Origin: a virus
Taxonomy: Duplodnaviria > Caudoviricetes
IMG/VR virus record: IMGVR_UViG_3300034104_001007
Coordinates: 739-64,738 of that record
Reading direction: 5' to 3' (one strand)
DNA length: 64,000 nucleotides
The position numbers and the translations under genes were made by a program. Shown here piece after piece: positions 1 to 9,501 of this stretch. The stretch's first letter is position 1, and each line of letters starts with the position of its first letter. The notes below the pieces were generated by a model. It was not told the DNA's origin and did no database searches. It saw only the letters and a list, made by a program, of their open reading frames with translations.

Positions 1-17
1 ATACGGTTAAAGACGGT

Positions 18-233
18 ATGGTGACCACATCAAATCAGCTTGTATCTATGCAAGAGAAGGTATCTAACGCCATCGGCACTGCTAACGAAGCTAAAGCAAT
101 TACTAACGGCAACGTGCGCGAAACAGCAGCGTCTTTAATGGGTGTCCGTGAGGAAATGAAGGCTACCCGTGAAGGCATTGAATCACAACTTAAAGCACTT
201 AAACGTGCCACTTCTAACCCACTAGGAAATTAA
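18..233 (+). CDS. hypothetical coiled-coil protein upstream of holin (probably 5'-truncated by the window edge)
   Basis: ORF ends 2 nt before the next ATG; helical composition. Confidence 0.55.
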   Translation: MVTTSNQLVSMQEKVSNAIGTANEAKAITNGNVRETAASLMGVREEMKATREGIESQLKALKRATSNPLGN

Positions 234-235
234 TT

Positions 236-733
236 ATGTTATCAATCATATCAGGACTATTAGGCATAGGTTCATCAGCGCTACCCAGTATACTAGGCTT
301 CTTCCAACAAAAGGGAGACCAAAAGCACGAAATGGCTATGGCTCGGTTGCAGACAGAACGTGAAGCTGCGATGGCTGCAGCTGGCTTTGCATCGCAAGAA
401 AAGATAGAAGCTATCAAGCTAGAAGAAATTGAGGTGCAGACTTACGCGCAAGAGCGCGAGGCTTTATATGCCCACGACATGAAAATGATGGACAAGGCTT
501 CGCAAGCTACTGTAGACTTAAATGCTAAGGTTCGTCCTATAATAGCGTTTACCTTTGTTGGCTTGCTTGTATTAGTAGACCTTGTTGGCTTAGGCTGGGC
601 AATATATACTGGTGTTGAGTTTACGACAGCGATGAGCTTAGTATTTTCTGATGATGAAATGGCAATTGTAAGTAGCATAATCGGCTTCTACTTTGGTTCT
701 CGTCAATGGGAAAAGCATCGTGAAGGTAAGTAA
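236..733 (+). CDS. holin-like membrane protein (3TM holin-like)
   Basis: Hydrophobic N-terminus, TM segment VRPIIAFTFVGLLVLVDLVGLGWAIY, C-terminal IIGFYFGSR; overlaps the endolysin start. Confidence 0.65.
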   Translation: MLSIISGLLGIGSSALPSILGFFQQKGDQKHEMAMARLQTEREAAMAAAGFASQEKIEAIKLEEIEVQTYAQEREALYAHDMKMMDKASQATVDLNAKVRPIIAFTFVGLLVLVDLVGLGWAIYTGVEFTTAMSLVFSDDEMAIVSSIIGFYFGSRQWEKHREGK

Positions 734-1214
734 AGAACTAATTAAAATGCTTAAGCACCACGAGGGCGTTAGGTACAAACCGTATCAATGCCCTGCTAAG
801 CTTTGGACAATTGGTGTTGGGCATGTGATGTACCCGGAGCAAGCTAAGATACCGTCTACTCCAGAAGGTATGGCTGCTCGTAAAGCGTACCCACTAAAAC
901 CACAAGATAACCGTAGATGGAGCGAAGAAGAAGTTGACTCAATACTGGCTAAGGATGTCGTACGATTTGAACGAGGGGTTGCCCGTTATCTACCTATACG
1001 ACTTTCACAGAATGAATTTGATGCTCTGGTTAGTTTTAGCTTTAACCTTGGTCTTGGTGTACTTCAGCGGTCAACCCTCCGTCAGGCGCTTTTGCGTGGC
1101 GATAAAGCAGGTGCTATTACGAGTCTTCTCAAGTATAATAAAGCCGGTGGTAAGGTCTTGAAAGGATTAGATAACCGCCGCAAAGACGAAGCAGCACTGT
1201 TCAGGAAAGAATAA
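720..1214 (+). CDS. endolysin, GH24 phage lysozyme
   Basis: HEGVRYKPYQCPAKLWTIGVGH catalytic region, FDALVSFSFNLG, GLDNRRKDEAALF; start set at GTG 720. Confidence 0.92.
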   Translation: MKVSKELIKMLKHHEGVRYKPYQCPAKLWTIGVGHVMYPEQAKIPSTPEGMAARKAYPLKPQDNRRWSEEEVDSILAKDVVRFERGVARYLPIRLSQNEFDALVSFSFNLGLGVLQRSTLRQALLRGDKAGAITSLLKYNKAGGKVLKGLDNRRKDEAALFRKE

Positions 1215-1215
1215 A

Positions 1216-3144
1216 ATGCCATTACAGAAACTAGAATTTAGACCAGGATTAAACCGTGAAGGTACAGACTATGCCAATGAAGGCGGTTGGTACGACGGCG
1301 ACAAGATTCGTTTTCGTTCTGGTTTCCCTGAAAAGATTGGCGGCTGGTCACGCTTATCTAATGATACATACTTAGGTGTTGCCCGAGCATTATGGAATTG
1401 GCAGGCGCTTGACGGGTCAAACTACCTAGGTGTAGGCACTAACATTAAGTACTATATTGAAAAAGGTGGTCAGTATAATGACGTTACACCGTTCAGTTTT
1501 ATCAGTGCGGCCGGCGCCCCTGATTTTGCGGCCACTACAGGGTCGAGTATTCTTACAGTAACTGATGGTTCTTATAATCCAAGCGTTGGCGATTTTGTTG
1601 TGTTTAGTGCTGCTGTAACTCTAGGCGGAAACATCACCGCAGCTGTATTAAACCAAGAATACGCGGTACTTACTGTACCTACATCTACTACCTATACTAT
1701 ATCAGCGCGAAGCGCTACAACCGGTTTACCTGTACTTGCCAACGCTTCAGATGTTGGGGTTGGTGGTTCCGCCACCATTGCGTCTTATGAAGTACCTATT
1801 GGTTTAAATGTATATACACTAGGTGTAGGTTGGGGCGCAGGCCCTTGGAGTCGCGGTACTTGGGGGTCAGGTTATACCTCAGGTATTGGGCAACAACTTC
1901 GTTTATGGTCTAATGATAACTTTGGCCAAGACCTTGTTATTGCTCCTCGTGGGGGCAGTGTATATTACTGGAAAGCTTCATTAGGTGTATCTACTAGAGC
2001 AGTGTCACTAAATACTCTTTCTACTAATGAGGGGTATGCTGGAACCTATGTACCAAATACAACTAACCAAGTAGTAGCTTCCGCTATTCAAAAATTTGTT
2101 ATTGCTATGGGTGCTAATCCTTACCTTTCTGGAACCCCAAACACTCCGTTTAACCCAATGCTTGTTCGTTGGTCAGACCAACTTAATCCGTATGAATGGG
2201 TTCCAGCTATTACAAATCAGGCAGGTGAATTTGCGTTGACTAGCGGGTCATTTATTGTAGGCGCTAAGGCTACTCGTCAAGAGATTCTAATCTGGACTGA
2301 TTCCGCACTATATTCAATGCAGTATCTAGGTGCCCCCTATGTGTGGGGTTTTAATATCTTGATGGATAATATCTCTGTCATGTCACCTAATTCAATGATA
2401 ACTATAAACAACGTAACATACTGGATGGGCGATGACAAGTTCTATATGTATTCCGGCCGCGTAGAAACTTTACCTTGCGCATTACGTCAGTATGTATTTA
2501 ACGATATAAACAAAGACCAATCATTCCAAGTGTTTGCTGGGGGTAACGAAGGCTACAACGAAGTCTGGTGGTTCTACGTAAGTAACTCAAGTGGTGGAAC
2601 TACAGTTGATAAGTATGTAATTTATAACTACGTTGACCGTGTCTGGTACTATGGTTCTATGTCTCGCAGTGCATGGCTAGATTCAGGCATTCGTCAGTAC
2701 CCTATGGCAGCAGATTATAATACCCGGGTTCTTTACCATGAGTCTTCTGTCGATGATAACGCAGGGGATACTAGCCTACCTATTAATGCATATGTACAGT
2801 CTTCTGACTTTGATATCGGGGACGGACACAATTTTGGCTTCGTGTGGCGCATACTACCAGACGTAAACTTTAATGGCTCTAATGTAAATCAACCGTCTGT
2901 AACTATGACTGTTAAACCACGAGTCAACTCAGGTTCTCCCTACGGCGCGGCTAATAACCCGTTAGTGCGAAGTGCAGATAACTTTAGTACAGGTCAGGTG
3001 TATAACATTCAAGAATTTACAGGACAAGTATATACTCGCATACGAGGTCGTCAGATGGCATTTAGAATTGAATCGTCAGACCTCGGAGTGTCTTGGCAAC
3101 TAGGTATGCCTCGTATTGATATTAGACCAGATGGACGTAGATAA
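1216..3144 (+). CDS. virion tail tubular / DNA-stabilisation protein (P22 gp10-like)
   Basis: MPLQKLEFRPG...GWYDGDKIRFRSGFPEKIGGW start, VRWSDQ motif, RIDIRPDGRR end, typical of podovirus tail nozzle proteins. Confidence 0.7.
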   Translation: MPLQKLEFRPGLNREGTDYANEGGWYDGDKIRFRSGFPEKIGGWSRLSNDTYLGVARALWNWQALDGSNYLGVGTNIKYYIEKGGQYNDVTPFSFISAAGAPDFAATTGSSILTVTDGSYNPSVGDFVVFSAAVTLGGNITAAVLNQEYAVLTVPTSTTYTISARSATTGLPVLANASDVGVGGSATIASYEVPIGLNVYTLGVGWGAGPWSRGTWGSGYTSGIGQQLRLWSNDNFGQDLVIAPRGGSVYYWKASLGVSTRAVSLNTLSTNEGYAGTYVPNTTNQVVASAIQKFVIAMGANPYLSGTPNTPFNPMLVRWSDQLNPYEWVPAITNQAGEFALTSGSFIVGAKATRQEILIWTDSALYSMQYLGAPYVWGFNILMDNISVMSPNSMITINNVTYWMGDDKFYMYSGRVETLPCALRQYVFNDINKDQSFQVFAGGNEGYNEVWWFYVSNSSGGTTVDKYVIYNYVDRVWYYGSMSRSAWLDSGIRQYPMAADYNTRVLYHESSVDDNAGDTSLPINAYVQSSDFDIGDGHNFGFVWRILPDVNFNGSNVNQPSVTMTVKPRVNSGSPYGAANNPLVRSADNFSTGQVYNIQEFTGQVYTRIRGRQMAFRIESSDLGVSWQLGMPRIDIRPDGRR

Positions 3145-3839
3145 TGTCTTATAACACCCCTTTAAAATCGTTAACACTGCGCCCATCAAAAGCGCCTAAC
3201 TTACCCATTGCGCCAGTTGAGTATAACCAACAGTACGTAGACCAACTATCCAATGCACTGCGTCTTTATTTTGCACAGGTCGATAACTTTTCACAGGGGT
3301 TATCAGGGGGTAACGGCGGTAGTTTTTTACAGCTTCCTCACATTGCAGCGTCATATAATGCGATTCAATATGCTACTGCGGCTAATACCCCTACGATTGT
3401 TAAGTGGGATACTATGGAGTCGGGTAGTGGGTTTACCCTGAATGTAGATAACACAGCTACAGCGCAATTCCCCGGAATATACAAAATAACATACAGCATT
3501 CAATTTGCAAATGACGACAATGCAATACACGATGCTCATGTATGGCTTAGAATCAATGGGTCTACTTCAGCTGCTGATGTGGCAAAATCAGCTACTATCT
3601 TTTCATTACCTCCTCGCAAAAGTGCAGGGGTTCCTTCTTATGTATGTGGGTACTCAGAAGTAGTATTTACACTTAATCCGGGTGACAAAGTGGGATTATG
3701 GTGGGGTGTTGACCAAGCGGCTACATCAGGTGGGGCTACAGGAATCTATATGTTCTATGAAGGAGCGCAAACAACTCCCTTGGCGCACCCGGCTGTACCG
3801 TCTGTAATTGGCTCTATAACATTTGTATCTGCGTTATAA
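3144..3839 (+). CDS. virion structural protein (hypothetical)
   Basis: Coupled to previous gene; PNLPIAPVEY...LRLYF N-terminus, beta-rich C-terminus. Confidence 0.6.
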   Translation: MSYNTPLKSLTLRPSKAPNLPIAPVEYNQQYVDQLSNALRLYFAQVDNFSQGLSGGNGGSFLQLPHIAASYNAIQYATAANTPTIVKWDTMESGSGFTLNVDNTATAQFPGIYKITYSIQFANDDNAIHDAHVWLRINGSTSAADVAKSATIFSLPPRKSAGVPSYVCGYSEVVFTLNPGDKVGLWWGVDQAATSGGATGIYMFYEGAQTTPLAHPAVPSVIGSITFVSAL

Positions 3840-3881
3840 TAATGATAATATTCAGTAAACTAAACAAAGGTTTAAAAGCGA

Positions 3882-4370
3882 ATGCAGATAGAGCCTACAG
3901 AATTATCTAAAATAGTATCTAAAGAAGTACCAAGTAGAGTACAAATAGACAAGTTACAAGCTGAGATGGCATCAATGCCTATAGCAATGAGCTTTAAAAC
4001 AGAGCATTATTTCTCTGGTGGCATGTATGGTAGAAAGATGACGTTACCTGCTGGAGTATTGCTTGTTGGAAGAGTACATAAGACTGACCATTTATTTATC
4101 TGCGCGCAAGGTGAAGCAATAGTGTGGACTGAAAATGGTATGCGTAAGATACATGCAGGCGATGTAATCCCTACAAAAGCGGGGACAAAGAACGTAGTGT
4201 TAGCTATTACTGAGACTATAGGGTTCACTGCACTTAAAACAGATAAAACAGACGTAGCCGAAGCCGAAGATGAGTTGGTTGAGAATGACCCTGACTCTCC
4301 TTACGGAGTAGGTAATGAATTAAAAGACTGGGCGGTGGCCCTTAAAGCAACTCAGATTGAGGGTATATGA
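3882..4370 (+). CDS. cupin-like hypothetical protein
   Basis: EHYFSGGMYGRKMTLPAGVLLVGRVHKTDHLFI pattern of a double-stranded beta-helix. Confidence 0.6.
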   Translation: MQIEPTELSKIVSKEVPSRVQIDKLQAEMASMPIAMSFKTEHYFSGGMYGRKMTLPAGVLLVGRVHKTDHLFICAQGEAIVWTENGMRKIHAGDVIPTKAGTKNVVLAITETIGFTALKTDKTDVAEAEDELVENDPDSPYGVGNELKDWAVALKATQIEGI

Positions 4371-4371
4371 T

Positions 4372-6252
4372 ATGACTTTTGCAACATCAGCAGTAGTAAT
4401 GGGTCAAGTAGCAGCGGCACAAGCGGCGGCAACGGCGGCAACAATGGCTGCAACGGCGGGAGGAGCAGCAACGGCAGCGTCAGCGGCGGCTAGCGGATTA
4501 CCGGCGGCAGCACAACAAGCAATGGCGCAATCTGCAATGACTGGCGCAGGTGGGGTATCGGCGGCGGCACCTACAACAGCACTTACAACTGCGGCACCAA
4601 CGGCAACGGGTGGTATACAAGGTGCTAACCTAGCTAACTTCTCCGGAAACACTATGATAGATGCGGGAGGGTCTTTAATGGGTCCATCAGGCGGCCCAAT
4701 GGCTTTATCCTCAACCCCAGTAACTCCAGAAGTAGCGGCGCCAGCTCAAGTAGCGACACCGGCAGCAGTGCCAGCACCAGCAGCGCCAACAGGTATAGAG
4801 CAAATTGGTACAAACCAGCTTAACCCTTATACAGGTGCGCCTGACTATTCAGCGGCAAACAACGCGTCGCAATATGAAAAAATGATTGCTAGAAACAACG
4901 CTAGTGGAATGCCAGGCATGCCTTCTACTGCACCTTACGGCGCCAACTACGAACAACTATCTAGCGTAACTAACCAAGCTCCTAGTGCGTTTAATACTTC
5001 AGCTGGACAATTTACAGGTGTTCAAGGTACTCCACCTAGCGCGTTAGAACGTGGTTTTGGTAAGGTGATGGACTGGGCCGAGAAAAATCCTCTAACTTCC
5101 CTATACGCTGCGTCTACTATGGCTAATGCGTTACTTGCACCTGACGACGAAGAACCTAAGAAAAAACCTAGCTCGTTGAGTAAGTACAAGTTATCGCCTG
5201 ATTTCCAAGCATCTAGACCAACGCCTAATGTATATAAACCTCAATACCAAAGCTTCGCTGAAGGCGGCATCGCTGCTTTAGCTGGTGGAACTTACCCAAT
5301 GGGTAGACAAGATAACACTCAATTTGCAACTCCAACTCAAATGCCTATGAGTGCGGAAGTAGTCAATGCTGATTATGAGCCAATTGAAATGGCGAGTGGT
5401 GGTCTGGGGCGTCTTACCGCGGGGAATGAAGAAAATAAGTTCTATAACCCAATATTCGGTAAAGGCGGTGGTCAAAGTGTAGAGCCAGTAGACCCACTAG
5501 CCAAGTTTGTACGTGCTCCTAATGTAGCACCTAACCCATATAAACCTAGTTATGTTCCTGAATCAAGAACGCCAGTAGGTCCTCCAACTAACGGCCCAAT
5601 ATTAGATTACGCTGCTAAATGGGGTGGGGCTCAAAATCTTTTAAGCGCTTATGCTCCTAATTTATCACCTATGGCGCAAGCGCCTACTGGTCCAGCAATG
5701 ACACAAGCAGCGCCAGCGGCTAGCGGTCCTGGGTTTAAATCAGGTGGCATGCCGTCTCCAGGAATTGATGTGGGCATTGTAAGTGAAGACGACCCAGACT
5801 TTGCATTTACTTCACCATTCAAAACAACTGCAGGTAAATTAGACAAACTATATAAAAAGACTCATGTTTCACAAAAATCAATGGCGACAGCTCCTGAACT
5901 AGGTGCGATAGACCTAAACCCTGCTATGGTAAAAAGGGGAGCGCAAGGTGGCATTATGGGCGCTGATTCAAGTTTGGGTGGGTATGCAGCTGGAGGTAAT
6001 CCTCGCTTGTTAAAAGGTCCGGGTGATGGTATGAGTGATGATATTCCTGCTACAATTGCCAATAAACAACCTGCTCGTTTAGCCGATGGTGAGTTTGTAA
6101 TCCCGGCAGATGTGGTTTCTCATTTAGGTAATGGGTCTACCGAAGCAGGCGCTAAACAATTGCACGGCATGATGGACAAAGTGCGCACGGCTCGCACAGG
6201 CAGGAAATCACAAGGTAAACAAATTAACCCTAAGAAATTCATGCCTAAATAA
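4372..6252 (+). CDS. internal virion (ejection) protein with xAxGG motifs
   Basis: Ala/Pro/Gly-rich; C-terminal GPGDGMSDDIPA...ARLADGEFVIPADVVSHLGNGST domain common in phage virion proteins; start set at ATG 4372. Confidence 0.7.
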   Translation: MTFATSAVVMGQVAAAQAAATAATMAATAGGAATAASAAASGLPAAAQQAMAQSAMTGAGGVSAAAPTTALTTAAPTATGGIQGANLANFSGNTMIDAGGSLMGPSGGPMALSSTPVTPEVAAPAQVATPAAVPAPAAPTGIEQIGTNQLNPYTGAPDYSAANNASQYEKMIARNNASGMPGMPSTAPYGANYEQLSSVTNQAPSAFNTSAGQFTGVQGTPPSALERGFGKVMDWAEKNPLTSLYAASTMANALLAPDDEEPKKKPSSLSKYKLSPDFQASRPTPNVYKPQYQSFAEGGIAALAGGTYPMGRQDNTQFATPTQMPMSAEVVNADYEPIEMASGGLGRLTAGNEENKFYNPIFGKGGGQSVEPVDPLAKFVRAPNVAPNPYKPSYVPESRTPVGPPTNGPILDYAAKWGGAQNLLSAYAPNLSPMAQAPTGPAMTQAAPAASGPGFKSGGMPSPGIDVGIVSEDDPDFAFTSPFKTTAGKLDKLYKKTHVSQKSMATAPELGAIDLNPAMVKRGAQGGIMGADSSLGGYAAGGNPRLLKGPGDGMSDDIPATIANKQPARLADGEFVIPADVVSHLGNGSTEAGAKQLHGMMDKVRTARTGRKSQGKQINPKKFMPK

Positions 6253-6255
6253 ATT

Positions 6256-6678
6256 ATGGAGATTTCAATCGTACCTGTCGAGCATATCGACAGTGTTTGG
6301 CCTTCGGTAGAGCAATATTTAAAAGGCGCTGCCGATTACACTTACGGTAGGTTTACCGTTGAGGATATAAAAAATAGGTTATATACAGCGCCTCAACAGT
6401 TGTGGATAGCTTATGACGAAGAAATTGTATATGGGGCGGTTGTAACTGAGATAACTCAGTATCCTCAAATGCGTACTTTGGTTATGCATTTTACTGGTGG
6501 GGTAGAGTTACCTAAGTGGAAAAACGAAATGCTACAAATGCTGCAACGATTTGCTAAAGACCAAAGATGTAGCGTTATAGAAAGTTATGGCCGTATTGGC
6601 TGGGAAAAAGTATTTAAAAATGACGGGTTTAAATCGAGGTTCATGTTTTATGAGCTTCCTGTGGAGAAAGAAGTATGA
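6256..6678 (+). CDS. GNAT-like fold hypothetical protein
   Basis: QQLWIAY...GAVVTEITQYP...FAKDQRCSVIESYGRIGW, like the acetyltransferase-like genes that precede ejection proteins. Confidence 0.5.
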   Translation: MEISIVPVEHIDSVWPSVEQYLKGAADYTYGRFTVEDIKNRLYTAPQQLWIAYDEEIVYGAVVTEITQYPQMRTLVMHFTGGVELPKWKNEMLQMLQRFAKDQRCSVIESYGRIGWEKVFKNDGFKSRFMFYELPVEKEV

Positions 6679-9485
6679 GATATAATCATCTAGATATGTT
6701 ACCTGAAGAGGCATTCCAAAAAGTTGGAAAGTCTATAAAACTATACGGTAAAGGTGGAGGTACCACTCAGTCTACAGGTACCACATATACAACTAACGTA
6801 CCAGAATATGCTCAGCCGTATGTTGAGACGATGTTGGGTGCAACCCAAAAACAACTATTTAATATGACCCCAGCAGGGGAAATAACTGGTTTTCAACCCT
6901 ACATACCATATAGCACAAACGCACAAGACTACGTTGCTGGGTTCTCCCCCATGCAACAACAATCTTTCCAAGGCGCGGCTAACTTACAGACTCCAGGTCA
7001 ATTTGCAGGTGCCACAGACTTAGCAGGTGCAGCGGGTTTAGGTTCATTAGGTGCAGCTGGACAAGCCGCTAACTTAGGGCAACAAGCAACTAACGTAGGT
7101 TTAGGCGGTTTAGGTTATGGTGCTATGGGGGCTGATTACGGTGCTTTAGGTGCTCAACAAGGTCAACAAGCTGCGGGTTACGGGGCTATGGGTGCGGGCT
7201 ACGGGGCTCAAGCAGGTCAAGCTGGTGCTAACTTTGCTCAACAAGCGACTAACCCTAACGCTGTTCAAGCGTACATGAACCCATACTTACAAGCTTCTCT
7301 TGCCCCTCAAATAGATACGATGCGCCGTCAGTATGGCATTACTGGTACTAAACAACAAGGGCAAGCAACTCAAGCCGGTGCGTTCGGTGGCACTCGTGAA
7401 GCACTTATGGCGGCTGAAAATAATATGGCTATGAATGCTGCTATAGACCAAGCCATTGCTCAAGGGTACAACACTGCGTTCCAAAACGCTCAGCAGCAAC
7501 AACAGTTCGGTGCTAACTTGGGTCTACAGGGTCAACAAGCTGCTATGCAAGGTGCCGGTATGGGTATTCAGGGTCAACAAGCAGCAATGCAGGGTGCTGG
7601 TATGGGTATGCAAGGTGCTCAAACAGGCTTACAAGGTGTTGGTACCGCTCTACAAGGTTATGGCCAAGGCCAACAAGGTCTCAATACAGCCCTACAAGGT
7701 TTAGGTCAGGCTGGTCAAGCTGCAGGTACATTGGGTCAGTTAGGTACTCAACAACTAGGTGCGCAAAAAGATATTATTGGTCTTCAAAGTCAGCTAGGCG
7801 CACAACAACAAGCGCAACAACAAAATATGATTAACCAATCTATCCAAGACTACGCTACACAACAACAATACCCAATGATGCAACTAGGTATGATGTCTAA
7901 TATGTTGCGCGGTTTACCTATGCAAGGCGTTACAACTCAGTCTTACCAAGCTACTCCTAATGCATTAACTCAAGGTATCGGTGCACTTGGTACAGGCTTA
8001 GCGCTATCTAACGCGCTAGGCGGCGGTAAGGCAGCAGGTGGCGAGATTAAGTCTTATGCTAAAGGTGGGATTACTTCATACGATATTGGTGGCGAAGTTA
8101 AAAACGATTTATACGACTACTCTCCAGAAAAGTTAAAAGAAGTTATTAAATCATCACAAAGTGAGACTGTTCGTAAAATAGCTAAAGAAGTATTGCAGGA
8201 TAAAAGCCAAAGCTTTGCTCCCGGTGGCATCATTGCGTTTAAAGCGGGTGATAAAGTAGAAGAAGAGAACCCTGACTATGGTAATTTTCTCGGTGATGTA
8301 GTTTATGCCGCAAGCGAATTAGACCCAATTAAATATATATCTGGTCAAGGTAAACGGCTTGGTGAAAGAGCTGTAGAAGGTGCGGGCGTAGCAAAAGGCA
8401 TTGCTGATAAGTTAGTTACAGGTGCAGGATATAAAACACCAGCACCAGCAGCACAGCCACAATTAAATGGCCCTTATGCACCAAATGTAGACCCTGCAGT
8501 AGTTGCAGATAAACAAGCGCAGTTGTTAAAAGCTAGAATGGCCGCAGAAAAACCAGCTAAAGAAAAACCAGTGGGCCCACCGCCAGAAAACGCGGCTCCT
8601 GCTCAATCAGCAGCTTACATGCCATCAGAGCAAACTACCGCAGCAGGTATATTGGCAGGTGCACCTCAATCTATTCAAGACTACATGAATAAAAATCCTG
8701 ATACAGGTGAGACAGTAGCGCAGCTTGCAGCAAAACGTCAGCTCGAAAAAGAAGCGTTCTTAGGTCCCGATACCGCAGGTGCTGAATACCGTAAATCAAT
8801 TATGGCTCAAAAAGCCAATGCTAAAGACGAAGCTGAACGATTACAACAAATGCGTCTAGCTGAATTCTTTGCTACATGGGGTTCAACTCCTGGCCCTACT
8901 TTGGTTGCAGGTATGGAAGCAGCGAAGAAAACTATCCCTAATATAATCGCTGATAAAGCCGACCAGAAGAAAGCAGCTGCAGAATTAGATAAAATTATCT
9001 ATGGTTTAGACCATGCAACTCGCTTAGAGAAAGCAGGCAACTGGGAAGAAGCAGCTAAAGAGAAAGAAGCGCTAGCTAAAGCCTCACAAACATGGGGCGG
9101 TAAATGGATGGACTTAGCTGCACAAGCTTCTCAAAATGCCACCTCATTACAACGTGAAGAGATGTCTAATAAGAGTGCGGAAAAACGTCAAGCAATGGGC
9201 GATAGGGCACAGATTGAAGCAGCAGGAATAAGAGCATCAGCCGATAAAACCGAGCAAAACGCGTTGAAAGCACAATCTATTTGGTCTTCTGTGTATAATA
9301 GTGCTTTAGGTAAATACTCAGCGATTGACCCTGAAACCGCAGATGAAAAAGCAACCGCAGCTGCGGATGCAGCATTAACACCAGCACAACGCGAAACATT
9401 AGGTAGGGGAGCTACTTCATCAGGCCCAACTACAGGAAGTGTTGTGATGGATAAGTCAGGGAAAAAAGTCTGGCAGCAACACTAA
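6675..9485 (+). CDS. internal virion / DNA ejection protein
   Basis: Gln/Gly/Ala-rich repeats, YMNPY and AGAFGGTR motifs, coiled-coil C-terminus. Confidence 0.75.
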   Translation: MRYNHLDMLPEEAFQKVGKSIKLYGKGGGTTQSTGTTYTTNVPEYAQPYVETMLGATQKQLFNMTPAGEITGFQPYIPYSTNAQDYVAGFSPMQQQSFQGAANLQTPGQFAGATDLAGAAGLGSLGAAGQAANLGQQATNVGLGGLGYGAMGADYGALGAQQGQQAAGYGAMGAGYGAQAGQAGANFAQQATNPNAVQAYMNPYLQASLAPQIDTMRRQYGITGTKQQGQATQAGAFGGTREALMAAENNMAMNAAIDQAIAQGYNTAFQNAQQQQQFGANLGLQGQQAAMQGAGMGIQGQQAAMQGAGMGMQGAQTGLQGVGTALQGYGQGQQGLNTALQGLGQAGQAAGTLGQLGTQQLGAQKDIIGLQSQLGAQQQAQQQNMINQSIQDYATQQQYPMMQLGMMSNMLRGLPMQGVTTQSYQATPNALTQGIGALGTGLALSNALGGGKAAGGEIKSYAKGGITSYDIGGEVKNDLYDYSPEKLKEVIKSSQSETVRKIAKEVLQDKSQSFAPGGIIAFKAGDKVEEENPDYGNFLGDVVYAASELDPIKYISGQGKRLGERAVEGAGVAKGIADKLVTGAGYKTPAPAAQPQLNGPYAPNVDPAVVADKQAQLLKARMAAEKPAKEKPVGPPPENAAPAQSAAYMPSEQTTAAGILAGAPQSIQDYMNKNPDTGETVAQLAAKRQLEKEAFLGPDTAGAEYRKSIMAQKANAKDEAERLQQMRLAEFFATWGSTPGPTLVAGMEAAKKTIPNIIADKADQKKAAAELDKIIYGLDHATRLEKAGNWEEAAKEKEALAKASQTWGGKWMDLAAQASQNATSLQREEMSNKSAEKRQAMGDRAQIEAAGIRASADKTEQNALKAQSIWSSVYNSALGKYSAIDPETADEKATAAADAALTPAQRETLGRGATSSGPTTGSVVMDKSGKKVWQQH

Positions 9486-9501
9486 TTAGTTAAGGATTAT
9501 C

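Noticed and set aside
7000-7800. Gln/Gly/Ala-coding quasi-repeats as a DNA repeat element
   Set aside because: Degenerate at synonymous sites; explained by protein-level repeats of the ejection protein.
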